Source: an uncultured Acidobacteriota bacterium
GTDB taxonomy: Bacteria; Acidobacteriota; Vicinamibacteria; Fen-336
Length of the DNA: 64,000 nucleotides
Direction of reading: 5' to 3'
Assembly: GCA_963720545.1 (NCBI GenBank)
Contig: OY970399.1
Coordinates: 864,001-928,000, forward strand
Position numbers and translations under genes: made by a program. Shown here in pieces: positions 41,555-51,271 of the stretch. The stretch's first letter is position 1; each line of letters begins with the position of its first letter. A model generated the notes under the pieces. It searched no databases. It was not told the origin of the DNA and saw nothing but the letters and a program-made list of their open reading frames with translations.

Positions 41555-44399
41555 ATGGGCGCGGTGTCGGCTGCGGCAGGTGTCCAAGGGGAGTATGCTC
41601 TTGAGCCATCACCACTTAGGTCTCGGCCACTGGACCCCTCCACTTGCGAGTCGTGCGGCAGCGGCGAACCCATTGCTGCCGGCCTCTGCCTGAAATGCTC
41701 CTCCGGCGCGCTCAACACCGAGGATGTCGCTTCTCAGGACCTCGGCGCCGTTTCGAGTGACGCGCCGCCCGGTGGCGGCGGTGACGGACGCCGTTCCCTG
41801 TTCGCGCCCGGCCAGGCGTTCGGCACGCGCTACACGATCGTCGAACAGGTCGGCTCGGGCGGCATGGGCACCGTCTACAAGGCGCGCGACGGCGAGACCG
41901 CGCGCACCGTGGCGCTCAAGCTGCTGCGCCCGGACGTGGTCACGCGGGTCGGCGCCCTGTCGCGCTTCAAGCGTGAGCTGGCGCTGGCGCAGACGATCTC
42001 GCACCCGAACGTCTATCGCGTCCACGACCTCGGCGAGGTGCAAGGCACCGCCTTCATCAGCATGGAGTTCATCGAGGGCCAGAGCCTCGACGACCTGATC
42101 CACTCGATGGGCCATCTCTCGCCGCGCCAGACGGTGGCGATCGGCCGGCAGATCTGCGGCGGCCTGCAGGCAATCCACGAGAAGGCAATCGTGCACCGCG
42201 ACCTCAAGCCGTCGAACATCATGGTGGACCTGAACGGCGTCGCGCGGCTGATGGACTTCGGGCTCGCGTACCAGACAGGCTCCGAGCACCTCACGAGCGA
42301 AGGTCAGGTGCTCGGCACCATGGCGTATCTCTCGCCCGAACAGGCGCGCGGCGAAACCCTCGGCGCCGCCTCGGACGTGTTCGCGATGGGCCTCATCCTC
42401 TACGAGATGCTCACCGGCAAGCGCCCGCCGGGCGACGGCAAGCCCATTCCGCTGGCGCTGCGCGGCATCATCGAACCGTGCCCGAAGCCAAGCGTGTTCG
42501 TCCCCGAGATCCCGAAGGCGCTCGACGCCATCGTCATGCGCTGCCTCGACCGCGAACCGGCGAAGCGCTTCCAGTCCGCCGAAGCGCTGGGCGCGGCACT
42601 CGCCGCCATCGCCGCCGGCCAGACGACGCGCATCTCGCTCGGCGCATTGCGCCGTGCGTCGGGCCCGTACGAGGCGTCACGGCGACGACGCTGGCCGTGG
42701 CTGCTCGCAGCAGCGTTGCTGTCCGCGGCGCTGTTCGCCGTGCCGGCGGTACGCAGCAAGGTCGCGGGAATGTTCGGCCGCCACGCCGCACCGCCGCCGG
42801 TCGGCGTCGAAGTCGTAGGCGTGCTGCCGCTGCGGGTGGCGGCGGGCGATGCCGATGGCCAGGATCTCGCGGTCGGCATCGCCGACATGCTCGCGACCGA
42901 TCTCGACGAGGCGGGTTGCGGCTCGGTCCTGCCGCGCACGGCACTGACACACCTCGGCACCGAGGACGTGGACGTGCGCAAGGTCGCGGCCGACCTCGGT
43001 CTCACGCGCGTCGTCACCGGCACTGTCTCGGGCACGCCAGCGGCGATGCGCATGGAGATCAACACCTTCGCCGCGGACGGCAGCCTGGGCCCCGGGTACG
43101 AGGCCGAAGGCGACGCGCTCACGCTGCAGCGGAAAGTGGCCGACCGCTTGGTGGCAATCACCTGCGTCGGTGGCAGCACGCGCGCCGCGCGCGCGCCCAC
43201 TGGCAACGCGCCCGCTTTCCTCGCCTATGCGAAGGGGTTGCGCCTCCTCGATAGGCGCGACCTGCCAGGCAATGCGGCGTTGGCGGTGACTTCGCTCGGG
43301 GAGGCCACGCGCCTCGACCCCAACTTCGCGCTGGCGCACGCGGTCCTTGGCAGCGCATACATGCGGCGCTACGAGGAGACGCGTGAGACCGCCTACACGC
43401 GCAGTGCGCTCAGCGAGATCAGCAAAGCGCTGATACTCGACGCGACACAGCCGCGCGTGCGGCTCATCTACGCCGATGTCCAGCGGTCCGTTGGCGAAGG
43501 AAAGGCAGCTCGCGACGAGATCGAAAAGCTGATCGCCGATCATCCGGAAAACGACGAGGCGCGAGCCCTCTACAGCACGCTTCTGGCTCAGGACGGCGAG
43601 ACGGCGCGCGCCCTCGAGACGGCGCAGGCCGCCGTGGCGCGGCGGCCGAAATATTTCCAGAACCACGCGGCGCTCGGCTACGCCCATGCGATGCGCGGCG
43701 ACTTGCAGGGGTGCATCGACGCGTACACGGCCGCCACCAGCCTGCAGCCCGACTACGCCGACGGCTTCATCATGATGGGCGCGTGCGCGCAGAACGCGGG
43801 CGACAACCAGCGGCGCCCTCGGCTACTACGAGAAGGCGCGCGCGATGGTCAGCGACGCGACGCTCGACTCGAACATCGGCACCGTGCTCTACGACCAGGG
43901 CGAATTCCGGCAGGCGGCCGCGGCGTACGAGCGCGCCGCGAAAGCCATGCCGGGCGAGATGCTCTTCTGGTGGAACCTCGGCGATGCGCGCGAGCGGCTG
44001 GGCGAGCGCGAAGCGGCGCGCGCCGGCTGGAGCCGCGCGGTGTCGGTCGCGCGCCAGGCACTTTCGGTAGACGGCGAAAACGTCCTGACACGCGCGCGCC
44101 TCGGCCTCTGCGAGGCGAAGCTCGGAATGCTGGCGGAGGCGCGGCGAGACATGGACCAGGCCGTGCAGCTCGCACCCCAACGCGGCGAGGTGCTGGCCCT
44201 GCAGGCCGCGGCGCTGGCGGTGGCCGGGCAAAACGAAGAGTCGCTCGCGGCGCTGCGCAAGGCACTCGCGAACGGCTACAGCCGCGAACGCGCAGCGATC
44301 GACCACGACTTGCGCAGCCTGCGCAAGCTGCCCGAATGGGCCGAGCTGGTTTCGGCCGCACAGACAACGCCCGCGTCCGGGCCAGGAGGAACGCGATGA
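41555..44399 (+). pseudogene. Receptor-type Ser/Thr kinase (Zn-ribbon, kinase, TM, TolB_N-like, TPR) with a 1-nt frameshift at about 43805-43808
   Basis: Motifs GSGGMG, VALK, HRDLKPSN, DFG and SPEQ; TM; TPRs. The TPRs continue in the +1 frame (ORF 43845-44399), collinear with the paralogue. Either a real lesion or an assembly indel. Start is uncertain (possibly CTG 41630). Confidence 0.8.
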
Positions 44400-44878
44400 A
44401 AAGTACTTCGATGGGCGCCGTTTTGCTGTTGGGCACAACGCTCGGCTGCAGTGCGCACCTGTCACCAGTCGACTACTGGCGGCCGCCGAACGAACCGATC
44501 AAGGTGGTGGTGATGCTGCACCCCACACCAGCCAACAAGTGCGTCTCGGTGACGCTGCCGCAGGTGATCTGGGTCGATTCCGGCGACAAGGTGCAGTGGG
44601 ACGTCGTCAACACTTGTCCGGGCAATCCCGAAGTCGTGATGCGCTTCGAGCGCGCCGTGGTGGCGTTCCAGGCGATCGACCGCTTCCCCGGCGACAAGGA
44701 CGCCAAGAAGTACGAGGCCAGACGCGATGGCCGCCAGGAGGAGCAATCGCCGCCTTTCCGCTTTCGCGCCGAGGGCACCGCACAGGGAGAGCGTGGCCTG
44801 CGGGTGAAGTACCGGATCCTCGTGGACAGCCAGGAAGTCGAGGATCCGGGGATCGGGTTCAAGCCGCCGGGAAAGTAG
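44396..44878 (+). CDS. Small exported lipoprotein, beta-sandwich-like (GDxxxW; KY..EDPxI)
   Basis: AGGAGG RBS, ATGA overlap with the kinase stop, and LGC lipobox. Confidence 0.8.
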   Translation: MKSTSMGAVLLLGTTLGCSAHLSPVDYWRPPNEPIKVVVMLHPTPANKCVSVTLPQVIWVDSGDKVQWDVVNTCPGNPEVVMRFERAVVAFQAIDRFPGDKDAKKYEARRDGRQEEQSPPFRFRAEGTAQGERGLRVKYRILVDSQEVEDPGIGFKPPGK

Positions 44879-44887
44879 CGGCGGCGG

Positions 44888-47617
44888 TTGGCCTCGGCGC
44901 TTTGCGACGTCTGCGGAACCGTAACGCCTCCGGGGAGCGGTGCGTGTCCGAGGTGCTCCTCCTCGGACGGCTTCGTCACCGCTGAGGTCGGGTCGGTGCC
45001 GGCCGATGGCCGTGACGAGCCGGTCGGGGCCGCCTTGCGGCGCGGTCCGCTGCTGCGCCTCGGGGAGCGGTTCGGGCCGCGCTATTCGATCGTCGAGCAG
45101 GTGGGCGCCGGCGGTATGGGCACCGTCTACAAGGCGGTGGACAACGAGACCGGCCAGGTCGTTGCGCTCAAGCTGATCCGCTCCGACCGCATCGCGCGCG
45201 CGGGTGCCCTGACGCGCTTCAAGCGCGAGCTGGCGCTGGCGCAGAAGGTCTCGCATCCCAACGTTTACCGGGTCCACGACCTCGGTGAAGTGGACGGCAA
45301 CGCCTACATCAGCATGCAGTACATCGACGGCCAGAGCCTCGAAGACCTGATCCACTCGATGGGCCACCTCTCGCCGCGGCAGACCGTGAAGCTTGGCCGG
45401 CAGGTGTGCGACGGCCTGCAGGCAATCCACGAGAACGCCATCGTGCACCGCGACCTCAAGCCATCGAACATCATGGTGGACACCGCCGGCGTGGCGCGTC
45501 TCATGGACTTCGGCCTCGCCTACGAAACCGGCTCGGAGCACCTGACCAGCGAGGGCACGGTGCTCGGCACGATGTCGTACCTGTCGCCCGAACAGGCGCG
45601 CGGCGAGCGCGTGGGGCCGCCGTCCGATGTGTTCGCGCTGGGCCTCATCCTCTACGAGATGCTCACCGGTCGCCGGCCGCCCGGCGACGCGAGCCCGGTG
45701 CCGCTCGCGATGCGCGACAACGGAGCGAGCTGCCCACGGCCCAGCCAGTTCGTGCCCGAGGTGCCGCGCGCGATCGACGCGCTGGTGATGCGCGCGCTGG
45801 AGCGCGACCCGGCGCGGCGCTTCCCCACGGCTGCCGCGCTGCGCGCCGCGCTCGACGCCATCGAGCCGCCATCCAGCGGCCATGCCACGCCGGCGCGGCC
45901 GCTGTCGCGGCCCTCCGGCGCCTTCGTGGTGCAGCGTTCGAGCCGCTGGCCGTGGCTCGCCGCCGGGTCTGTGGTCGCGGTACTGGCAATCGCGGCGGCA
46001 CGCGGCTGGCTCGCGCCACGGCCGGCGCCCGCTGCCGCGGTGGCGCCGATCATTGGTATTGCGCCGTGGAGCGTCGCGGCGGGCGATGGTGTCGCCGACG
46101 ACGTCTCGGCCGGCCTCGCCGACGGCCTTGCCACCGACATCGGCGACGGCGGCTGCGCAACCGTGGTCGCACGCACCGAGGTGGCGCGCGCCGATCCCGG
46201 AGGCCGCAGCCCCGGCGCCGCCGCCGCGCGGCTGGGGCTGACGCACGTGCTGAGCGGCAGCCTCTCGCGGTCGCCGGCCGGCTACCGCGTCGAGATGAAC
46301 CTGGTGGCTGCCGACGGCAACGTGGTGTCGCGCGTCGCCGACGCCGACAGCGACGCGTTCGCGCTGCGGCGCCGCCTGGCCGATGGGCTGGTGGGTGCGC
46401 TCTGCGTCGGCGCCGCGCGGCCCGTGGCGGCGCACGGCACCACAGACGTCGGGGCCTTCCTCGACTACTCCCACGGACTGCGCCTCCTCGAGCGTTCCGA
46501 CCAACCCGATGCGGTCGCGGCCGCCATCGCGTCCCTCGAGAAGGCGATCGCCGCCGACCCGGCCTTCGCCATGGCGCACGCCGCGCTCGGCGACGCCTAT
46601 CTTGCGCAATACCGGATCGCGCCCAACGAGGTGCTGCCCGGCAAGGCGCTGAACGCCGCAAGCGAAGCGCTCCGGCTGGCGCCGCGCGCACCGCGCGTGC
46701 GCCTCCTCTACGCCCGCGCCAAGCGCCTGATGGGCTCGAGCGCCTCGGCCGCTGCCGAGTTGCACGCGCTGGTCGAGGAGCGGCCGAAAGATCCCGAAGT
46801 CCACGCAGCTCTCGGCGCGCTCTATGTGGATCTCGCCGACTGGCCGAACGCAGTGGACCACTACCAGAAGGCGCTCGCCCTGCGCCCGGACTACTGGGGC
46901 AGCCACGCGCGGCTCGGCTTCGCTTACTTGAAGATGGGCCGGGTGGACGACGCGGTCGCGGCCTACATGCACGCGACCGTGCTGCAGCCCGACAACGCCC
47001 AGGCACTGCAGATGCTCGGGACCGCATACGTCGCGCAGGGCGACCTCCCGCGAGCGCGGGACAGCTACTCCAAGGCGATCGCGCTGCGTCCCGACTCGAT
47101 GTCGTTCCTCAACCTCGGCACGATCGAGTTCGACAGCGGCGACTTCGCGGCCGCGAAGCGCTCGTACGCGCGCGCGGTGGACCTCGACGAGGGCCGCGCG
47201 GCGCTGTGGCGGGGCCTGGGCGACGCGAACGCCGCGCTCGGAATGCGCGACGATGCGCGCCGCAGCTTTGAGGAGTGTGCGCGCCTCTCGCGACTCGCGG
47301 CCAGCCTCGATGGCGCCAATGCCGAGGCGCTCGCGGAGGGCGCGGTGTGCGCACAAAAGCTCGGTGACAGCGCCGCTGCAGAGCGCGACATCGCGCGGGC
47401 GGTGGCGCTCGCGCCGAAGAATGGCGAAGTGCTCTACCTGTCGGCGCTGGTGCGGCTGCTGCAGGGACGCGACCAGGACGCGATCGCGGCGGTACGCGAC
47501 GCGGTCGGCAGCGGCTACTCGGCGCAGCGGCCGAAACAGGACTACGAGTTCCGCAAGTTGCGCGACAATGCGGCATTCGCCAGCGCGCTCGCGGCTGGAC
47601 CGGACGGGAGGCACTGA
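44888..47617 (+). CDS. Receptor-type Ser/Thr kinase (Zn-ribbon, kinase, TM, TolB_N-like, TPR)
   Basis: CDVC..CPRC; motifs GAGGMG, HRDLKPSN, DFG and SPEQ; TM WLAAGSVVAVLAIAAA; multiple TPRs. Confidence 0.92.
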   Translation: MASALCDVCGTVTPPGSGACPRCSSSDGFVTAEVGSVPADGRDEPVGAALRRGPLLRLGERFGPRYSIVEQVGAGGMGTVYKAVDNETGQVVALKLIRSDRIARAGALTRFKRELALAQKVSHPNVYRVHDLGEVDGNAYISMQYIDGQSLEDLIHSMGHLSPRQTVKLGRQVCDGLQAIHENAIVHRDLKPSNIMVDTAGVARLMDFGLAYETGSEHLTSEGTVLGTMSYLSPEQARGERVGPPSDVFALGLILYEMLTGRRPPGDASPVPLAMRDNGASCPRPSQFVPEVPRAIDALVMRALERDPARRFPTAAALRAALDAIEPPSSGHATPARPLSRPSGAFVVQRSSRWPWLAAGSVVAVLAIAAARGWLAPRPAPAAAVAPIIGIAPWSVAAGDGVADDVSAGLADGLATDIGDGGCATVVARTEVARADPGGRSPGAAAARLGLTHVLSGSLSRSPAGYRVEMNLVAADGNVVSRVADADSDAFALRRRLADGLVGALCVGAARPVAAHGTTDVGAFLDYSHGLRLLERSDQPDAVAAAIASLEKAIAADPAFAMAHAALGDAYLAQYRIAPNEVLPGKALNAASEALRLAPRAPRVRLLYARAKRLMGSSASAAAELHALVEERPKDPEVHAALGALYVDLADWPNAVDHYQKALALRPDYWGSHARLGFAYLKMGRVDDAVAAYMHATVLQPDNAQALQMLGTAYVAQGDLPRARDSYSKAIALRPDSMSFLNLGTIEFDSGDFAAAKRSYARAVDLDEGRAALWRGLGDANAALGMRDDARRSFEECARLSRLAASLDGANAEALAEGAVCAQKLGDSAAAERDIARAVALAPKNGEVLYLSALVRLLQGRDQDAIAAVRDAVGSGYSAQRPKQDYEFRKLRDNAAFASALAAGPDGRH

Positions 47618-47618
47618 G

Positions 47619-48185
47619 GTGCGACGATCGAGGCTGGTTCGAAACGTGCTGGCGGCGCCGCTCCCGCTCCTTGCCCTGGCCGCGGCCGCCGCGCCGGCAG
47701 CGGCAGCTACCGTGACGATCACCGTGTTCCTGCGCGTGGACGCCGCCGGCAAGTGCACGACCGTCACGCCCGGTGTCGCCGAAGCGGCGCCCGGCGACAC
47801 GCTCGAGTGGCGGGTGGTGCACGTGCGCAGCGGCGGCAACGGCTGCCCCGCCGCGACGCGCCTGCAGGTGGAGTTCCCCAGGCTCGCCGTCGGCCACGTG
47901 GCGGCACCCGCGGCGCAGCCCGCAGCCGAGCAGGTGGAAGAGGCCGCGTTCACCACCCGGCGCGAGGCGCTCGACCGCCGCCTCGCCCCGGCCGACCGCG
48001 AGAAGCTGCGTCGCTTCGCCACCCGCGCCGAGCCCGCCCCGGGCGGCGAGATGACGATCGGCGCCGCGTTCGCCTCGCGCCTCACCGCGAAGGCGATCGG
48101 CGCGCCTGGTCTCTACAAGTACAACGTGCGCATCGTCGGCGGCGCCATCGAGGACCCGCCGATCAAGATCATGAGCCCGCCCTAG
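47619..48185 (+). CDS. Small secreted protein, paralogue of 44396-44878
   Basis: GGAGG RBS, GTG just after the kinase stop, Ala-rich signal peptide; KC..P..GDTLEW..C and YKYNV..EDPPI. Confidence 0.8.
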   Translation: MRRSRLVRNVLAAPLPLLALAAAAAPAAAATVTITVFLRVDAAGKCTTVTPGVAEAAPGDTLEWRVVHVRSGGNGCPAATRLQVEFPRLAVGHVAAPAAQPAAEQVEEAAFTTRREALDRRLAPADREKLRRFATRAEPAPGGEMTIGAAFASRLTAKAIGAPGLYKYNVRIVGGAIEDPPIKIMSPP

Positions 48186-48194
48186 CCGAAGCCG

Positions 48195-49832
48195 TCAGAT
48201 GTGGACGCCCGGCGCCTCGTGGCCGGTGCGCTCCACGTACTCGACGTACGAGCCCGGGTAGAGGTGCGGCTGCGGTTCGGTGCCGGTCTCGCCGCCCAGC
48301 TCCAGCACGCGGTTGCTGAGGCCGCGCAGGAAGGTGCGGTCGTGAGAGACGAACAGCATCGTGCCCTCGTAGTCGCGAAGCGCCTCGACCAGCATTTCCT
48401 TCGTCGCCAGGTCGAGATGGTTGGTAGGCTCGTCGAGCACCAGGAAGTTGGGCGGGTCGTTCAGCATGCGCGCGATCACCAGGCGCGACTTCTCGCCGCC
48501 TGAGAGCGCGCGAATCTTCTTCTCGACGTCCTCCCCGGAGAACTGGAAGGCGCCGAGCAGCCCGCGCAGGGCGCCAACCGTCTCCATCGGGAAATCGCGC
48601 TGGAACTGCTCCCAGATGGTGAGGCTCGGGTCGAGCAGGTCGAGCGACTGTTGCGCGAAATACCCGAGCTTGAGGCTGGCGCCGAGCTTGACGGCGCCGC
48701 TGTCGGGCGCCAGCTGGCCCGCGACCATGCGCAGCAGCGTCGTCTTGCCGGCACCGTTTCGGCCCATGACGCACCAGCGTTCGCCGCGGCGGATCACCAT
48801 GCTCAGGCCGTCGTGGACCACGCGGCGGCCGTACGATTTCGCGACCGAGTCGAGGGTTGCCACCTCGTCGCCCGAGCGCGGCGGGCGGCGGAAGTCGAAG
48901 CGCACCACCACGCGCTTCTTCGGCAGCTCGATCTTCTCGATCTTCTCGAGCGCCTTCACCCGGCTCTGCACCTGCGCCGCCTTCGCAGCGTGCGCGGAGA
49001 AGCGGTCGATGAAACGCTGCTCCTTGGCGAGCATCGCCTGCTGGCGCGCGTACGCGGCCTCGCGATTCTGCTCGCGGATGGCGCGCTCGCGCTCGTAGAA
49101 GTCGTAATCGCCCGAATACACCGTGATCTCGCCCGAGTCGATCTCGGCGACCTTCGCGACGATGCGGTTCATGAAGGCGCGGTCGTGCGAGGTCATCAGC
49201 AAGGCGCTCGGCACCGACTGCAGGAACTGCTCCAGCCAGAGGATCGACTCGATGTCGAGGTGGTTGGTGGGCTCGTCCATCAGCAGCACGTCGGGCCGCC
49301 CCAGCAGCACCCGCGCCATCGCGACCCGCATCTTCCAGCCGCCGGAGAGGGCGCCGACGTCGCCGTCGATGCGCTCGTCGTCGAAGCCCAGGCCATGCAG
49401 CACCTCGCGCGCGCGGCTCTCGAGCGCGTAGCCGCCGAGGTGGTCGTACTCCTCCTGCACCTCGCCGAAGCGCGCCAGCACCTTGTCCATGTCGTCGGCT
49501 TGTTCGGGATCGCCCATCGCGTGCTGCAGCGCCTCGAGCTCGTGGTGCAGAGAACCGAGCCGGCCGCTGCCGGCGATCGCCTCGTCGAGCACCGAGCGCC
49601 CCGACATCTCCTCGACGTCCTGGCGGAAGTAGCCGATGGTGAGCTTCTTTGGCACCGACACCTCGCCGTCGTCGGCTGTCTCCTCGCCGACGATCATGCG
49701 GAAGAGCGTCGTCTTGCCGGCGCCGTTCGGGCCGACGAGGCCGACCTTCTCGCCCGGATTGAGCTGGAAGGAGGCGTCGACGAACAGGAGTTGCCGCCCG
49801 TACTGCTTGTTGACCGAGGCGAACGAGATCAC
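48195..49832 (-). CDS. ABC-F family ATP-binding protein
   Basis: Two NBDs (GPNGAGKT, LSGGW, DEPTNHLD twice) with a linker and no TM; GTG start overlaps the WYL stop. Confidence 0.93.
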   Translation of the reverse strand: MISFASVNKQYGRQLLFVDASFQLNPGEKVGLVGPNGAGKTTLFRMIVGEETADDGEVSVPKKLTIGYFRQDVEEMSGRSVLDEAIAGSGRLGSLHHELEALQHAMGDPEQADDMDKVLARFGEVQEEYDHLGGYALESRAREVLHGLGFDDERIDGDVGALSGGWKMRVAMARVLLGRPDVLLMDEPTNHLDIESILWLEQFLQSVPSALLMTSHDRAFMNRIVAKVAEIDSGEITVYSGDYDFYERERAIREQNREAAYARQQAMLAKEQRFIDRFSAHAAKAAQVQSRVKALEKIEKIELPKKRVVVRFDFRRPPRSGDEVATLDSVAKSYGRRVVHDGLSMVIRRGERWCVMGRNGAGKTTLLRMVAGQLAPDSGAVKLGASLKLGYFAQQSLDLLDPSLTIWEQFQRDFPMETVGALRGLLGAFQFSGEDVEKKIRALSGGEKSRLVIARMLNDPPNFLVLDEPTNHLDLATKEMLVEALRDYEGTMLFVSHDRTFLRGLSNRVLELGGETGTEPQPHLYPGSYVEYVERTGHEAPGVHI

Positions 49833-50803
49833 TCGAAGCTGCGCCGGGCTTTTTCGATGTCCTTCGCGACCGAGTCGCGCAGCGACGCCGGCTGGATGAC
49901 CCGCGAGTGCGGCAGGAAGCTCTTCACCCACGCCTGCAGCTCGAAGCCGGGCGAGACGTTCATCCGCAGGACCACCGAGCCGTCGGGCTTGTCGGTCAGC
50001 TCCTGGCTCTCGTGCCAGACGCGCTCGCGGATGTAACCCGCGATCTCGGCGTCGAAGGCGATCTCGACCTTCTCCGGCTTGCCGCCGGCGATGCCGAAGG
50101 CGCCGCGGCCGTAGTCGGCGATGTCGAAGTCGGCGGGCACCTGGAACTTCTCGTCGAGCACCTCGATGCGCTCGATGCGCTCCACCGCGAAGGTGCGCAC
50201 CTGCGCGTGTTCCTCGGAGCGCGCGTACAGGTAGAGGCCGCCGTGGTAGTAGACGACGCGGTAGGGATCGAGCGTGTACGACTTGGTGCGCTTCGAGCTG
50301 AACGAGAAGTAGGCGATGCGCGCGCGCCGCTGGTGCAGGGTCGCGTCGATCAGCGCCTCGATCACGTCGCGCTTCTTCGAGTAGTCCTTCCACGGATCGG
50401 GGCGGGTGGCGAACAGCCCCTGCACGCGCGCCAGGTACGGCAGGCTCTTCGCCGGCAGCGCCTCCTGGATCTTGGCGAACGCCGACTCGAGGTCAGCGGC
50501 GAACGGCGAGCCGCCGAGGAACGACATCAGGTTCTTGCTGAAGAAGAGCGCCGACAGCTCGGCGAGCGAGAAGGTCTGCGCGAGCTTCTGGCGGTAGCCC
50601 TCGATGAGTTTCCACACCTTCTTGCCGCTGTCGGCGCGCTCGTCGTAGAGCGGGAAGCCGGCTTCCTGCAGCGCCTCGATGTCGCGGCGGATGGTGCGCT
50701 CGGTGACGCCGTGCTCCGCCGCCATCGCCTGCGTGGTGGTGTAGCGGCCGGTTTCGATCGTCTTCAGGATCCGCCATTGGCGGATCACCTCGGCGTTGCG
50801 CAT
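49829..50803 (-). CDS. HTH-WYL-WCX transcriptional regulator
   Basis: VTERTIRRDIEALQEAGFP HTH; LYLYA..RTFAVERI WYL motif; WHESQ. Confidence 0.92.
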   Translation of the reverse strand: MRNAEVIRQWRILKTIETGRYTTTQAMAAEHGVTERTIRRDIEALQEAGFPLYDERADSGKKVWKLIEGYRQKLAQTFSLAELSALFFSKNLMSFLGGSPFAADLESAFAKIQEALPAKSLPYLARVQGLFATRPDPWKDYSKKRDVIEALIDATLHQRRARIAYFSFSSKRTKSYTLDPYRVVYYHGGLYLYARSEEHAQVRTFAVERIERIEVLDEKFQVPADFDIADYGRGAFGIAGGKPEKVEIAFDAEIAGYIRERVWHESQELTDKPDGSVVLRMNVSPGFELQAWVKSFLPHSRVIQPASLRDSVAKDIEKARRSFE

Positions 50804-50854
50804 CTTCGTTCGGAGCCGATTCTAAGCCGGTTCCACGGGCCGTTCCGGCCGCTG

Positions 50855-50884
50855 TGGACAGTTCGACGACCGTGCCTCTATACT
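50855..50884 (+). promoter_or_regulatory. Putative sigma70 promoter TGGACA-N18-TATACT
   Basis: Near-consensus -35 and -10 boxes upstream of the GGAGG RBS of 50912. Confidence 0.5.
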
Positions 50885-50911
50885 GCGCCCCTTCCCCTTC
50901 GGAGGACCCCA

Positions 50912-51256
50912 ATGTCGGAGCGTCCTTTGCGTCTTGGCGACGTCGTGGATGATTACTGCCCGAAGTGCCGGCTGCTGCTCAATCACGACATCGCCAGCAT
51001 CTATGACGGCCGCATCGCAAAGACCACCTGCCGGACCTGCCTCAACACGCACGACTACAAGGAAGGCAAGGCGCCGCCGAAGCGGGTCACCAAGAAGAAG
51101 GACAGCGTGCAGAGCCTGATGGACCAGGTGCTCGCGGGGATGCCGGGGATGAGCGCCGCCGCCGCCGCGGCGGAGTCGGTGGAGCAACCGGCGCCGCCGC
51201 CGGTGCGCAAGAAGCGCGACCTGTGGGCAGACCTCGAACGTATCAAGAAACGATAG
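50912..51256 (+). CDS. Small Zn-ribbon hypothetical protein
   Basis: CPKC..H..CRTC..H; GGAGG RBS. Confidence 0.75.
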   Translation: MSERPLRLGDVVDDYCPKCRLLLNHDIASIYDGRIAKTTCRTCLNTHDYKEGKAPPKRVTKKKDSVQSLMDQVLAGMPGMSAAAAAAESVEQPAPPPVRKKRDLWADLERIKKR

Positions 51257-51271
51257 GGGGCCAGAACTCGC

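Noticed and set aside
41555..44878. 1107-aa kinase-TPR-lipoprotein single protein in the ORF track
   Set aside because: It is a chimera caused by the frameshift at about 43807. The downstream gene has its own RBS, ATG and lipobox.
49829..50803. WYL gene as a marker of a phage-defence island
   Set aside because: Its neighbours are ABC-F and salvage genes. No nuclease, Cas, RM or toxin genes are visible.
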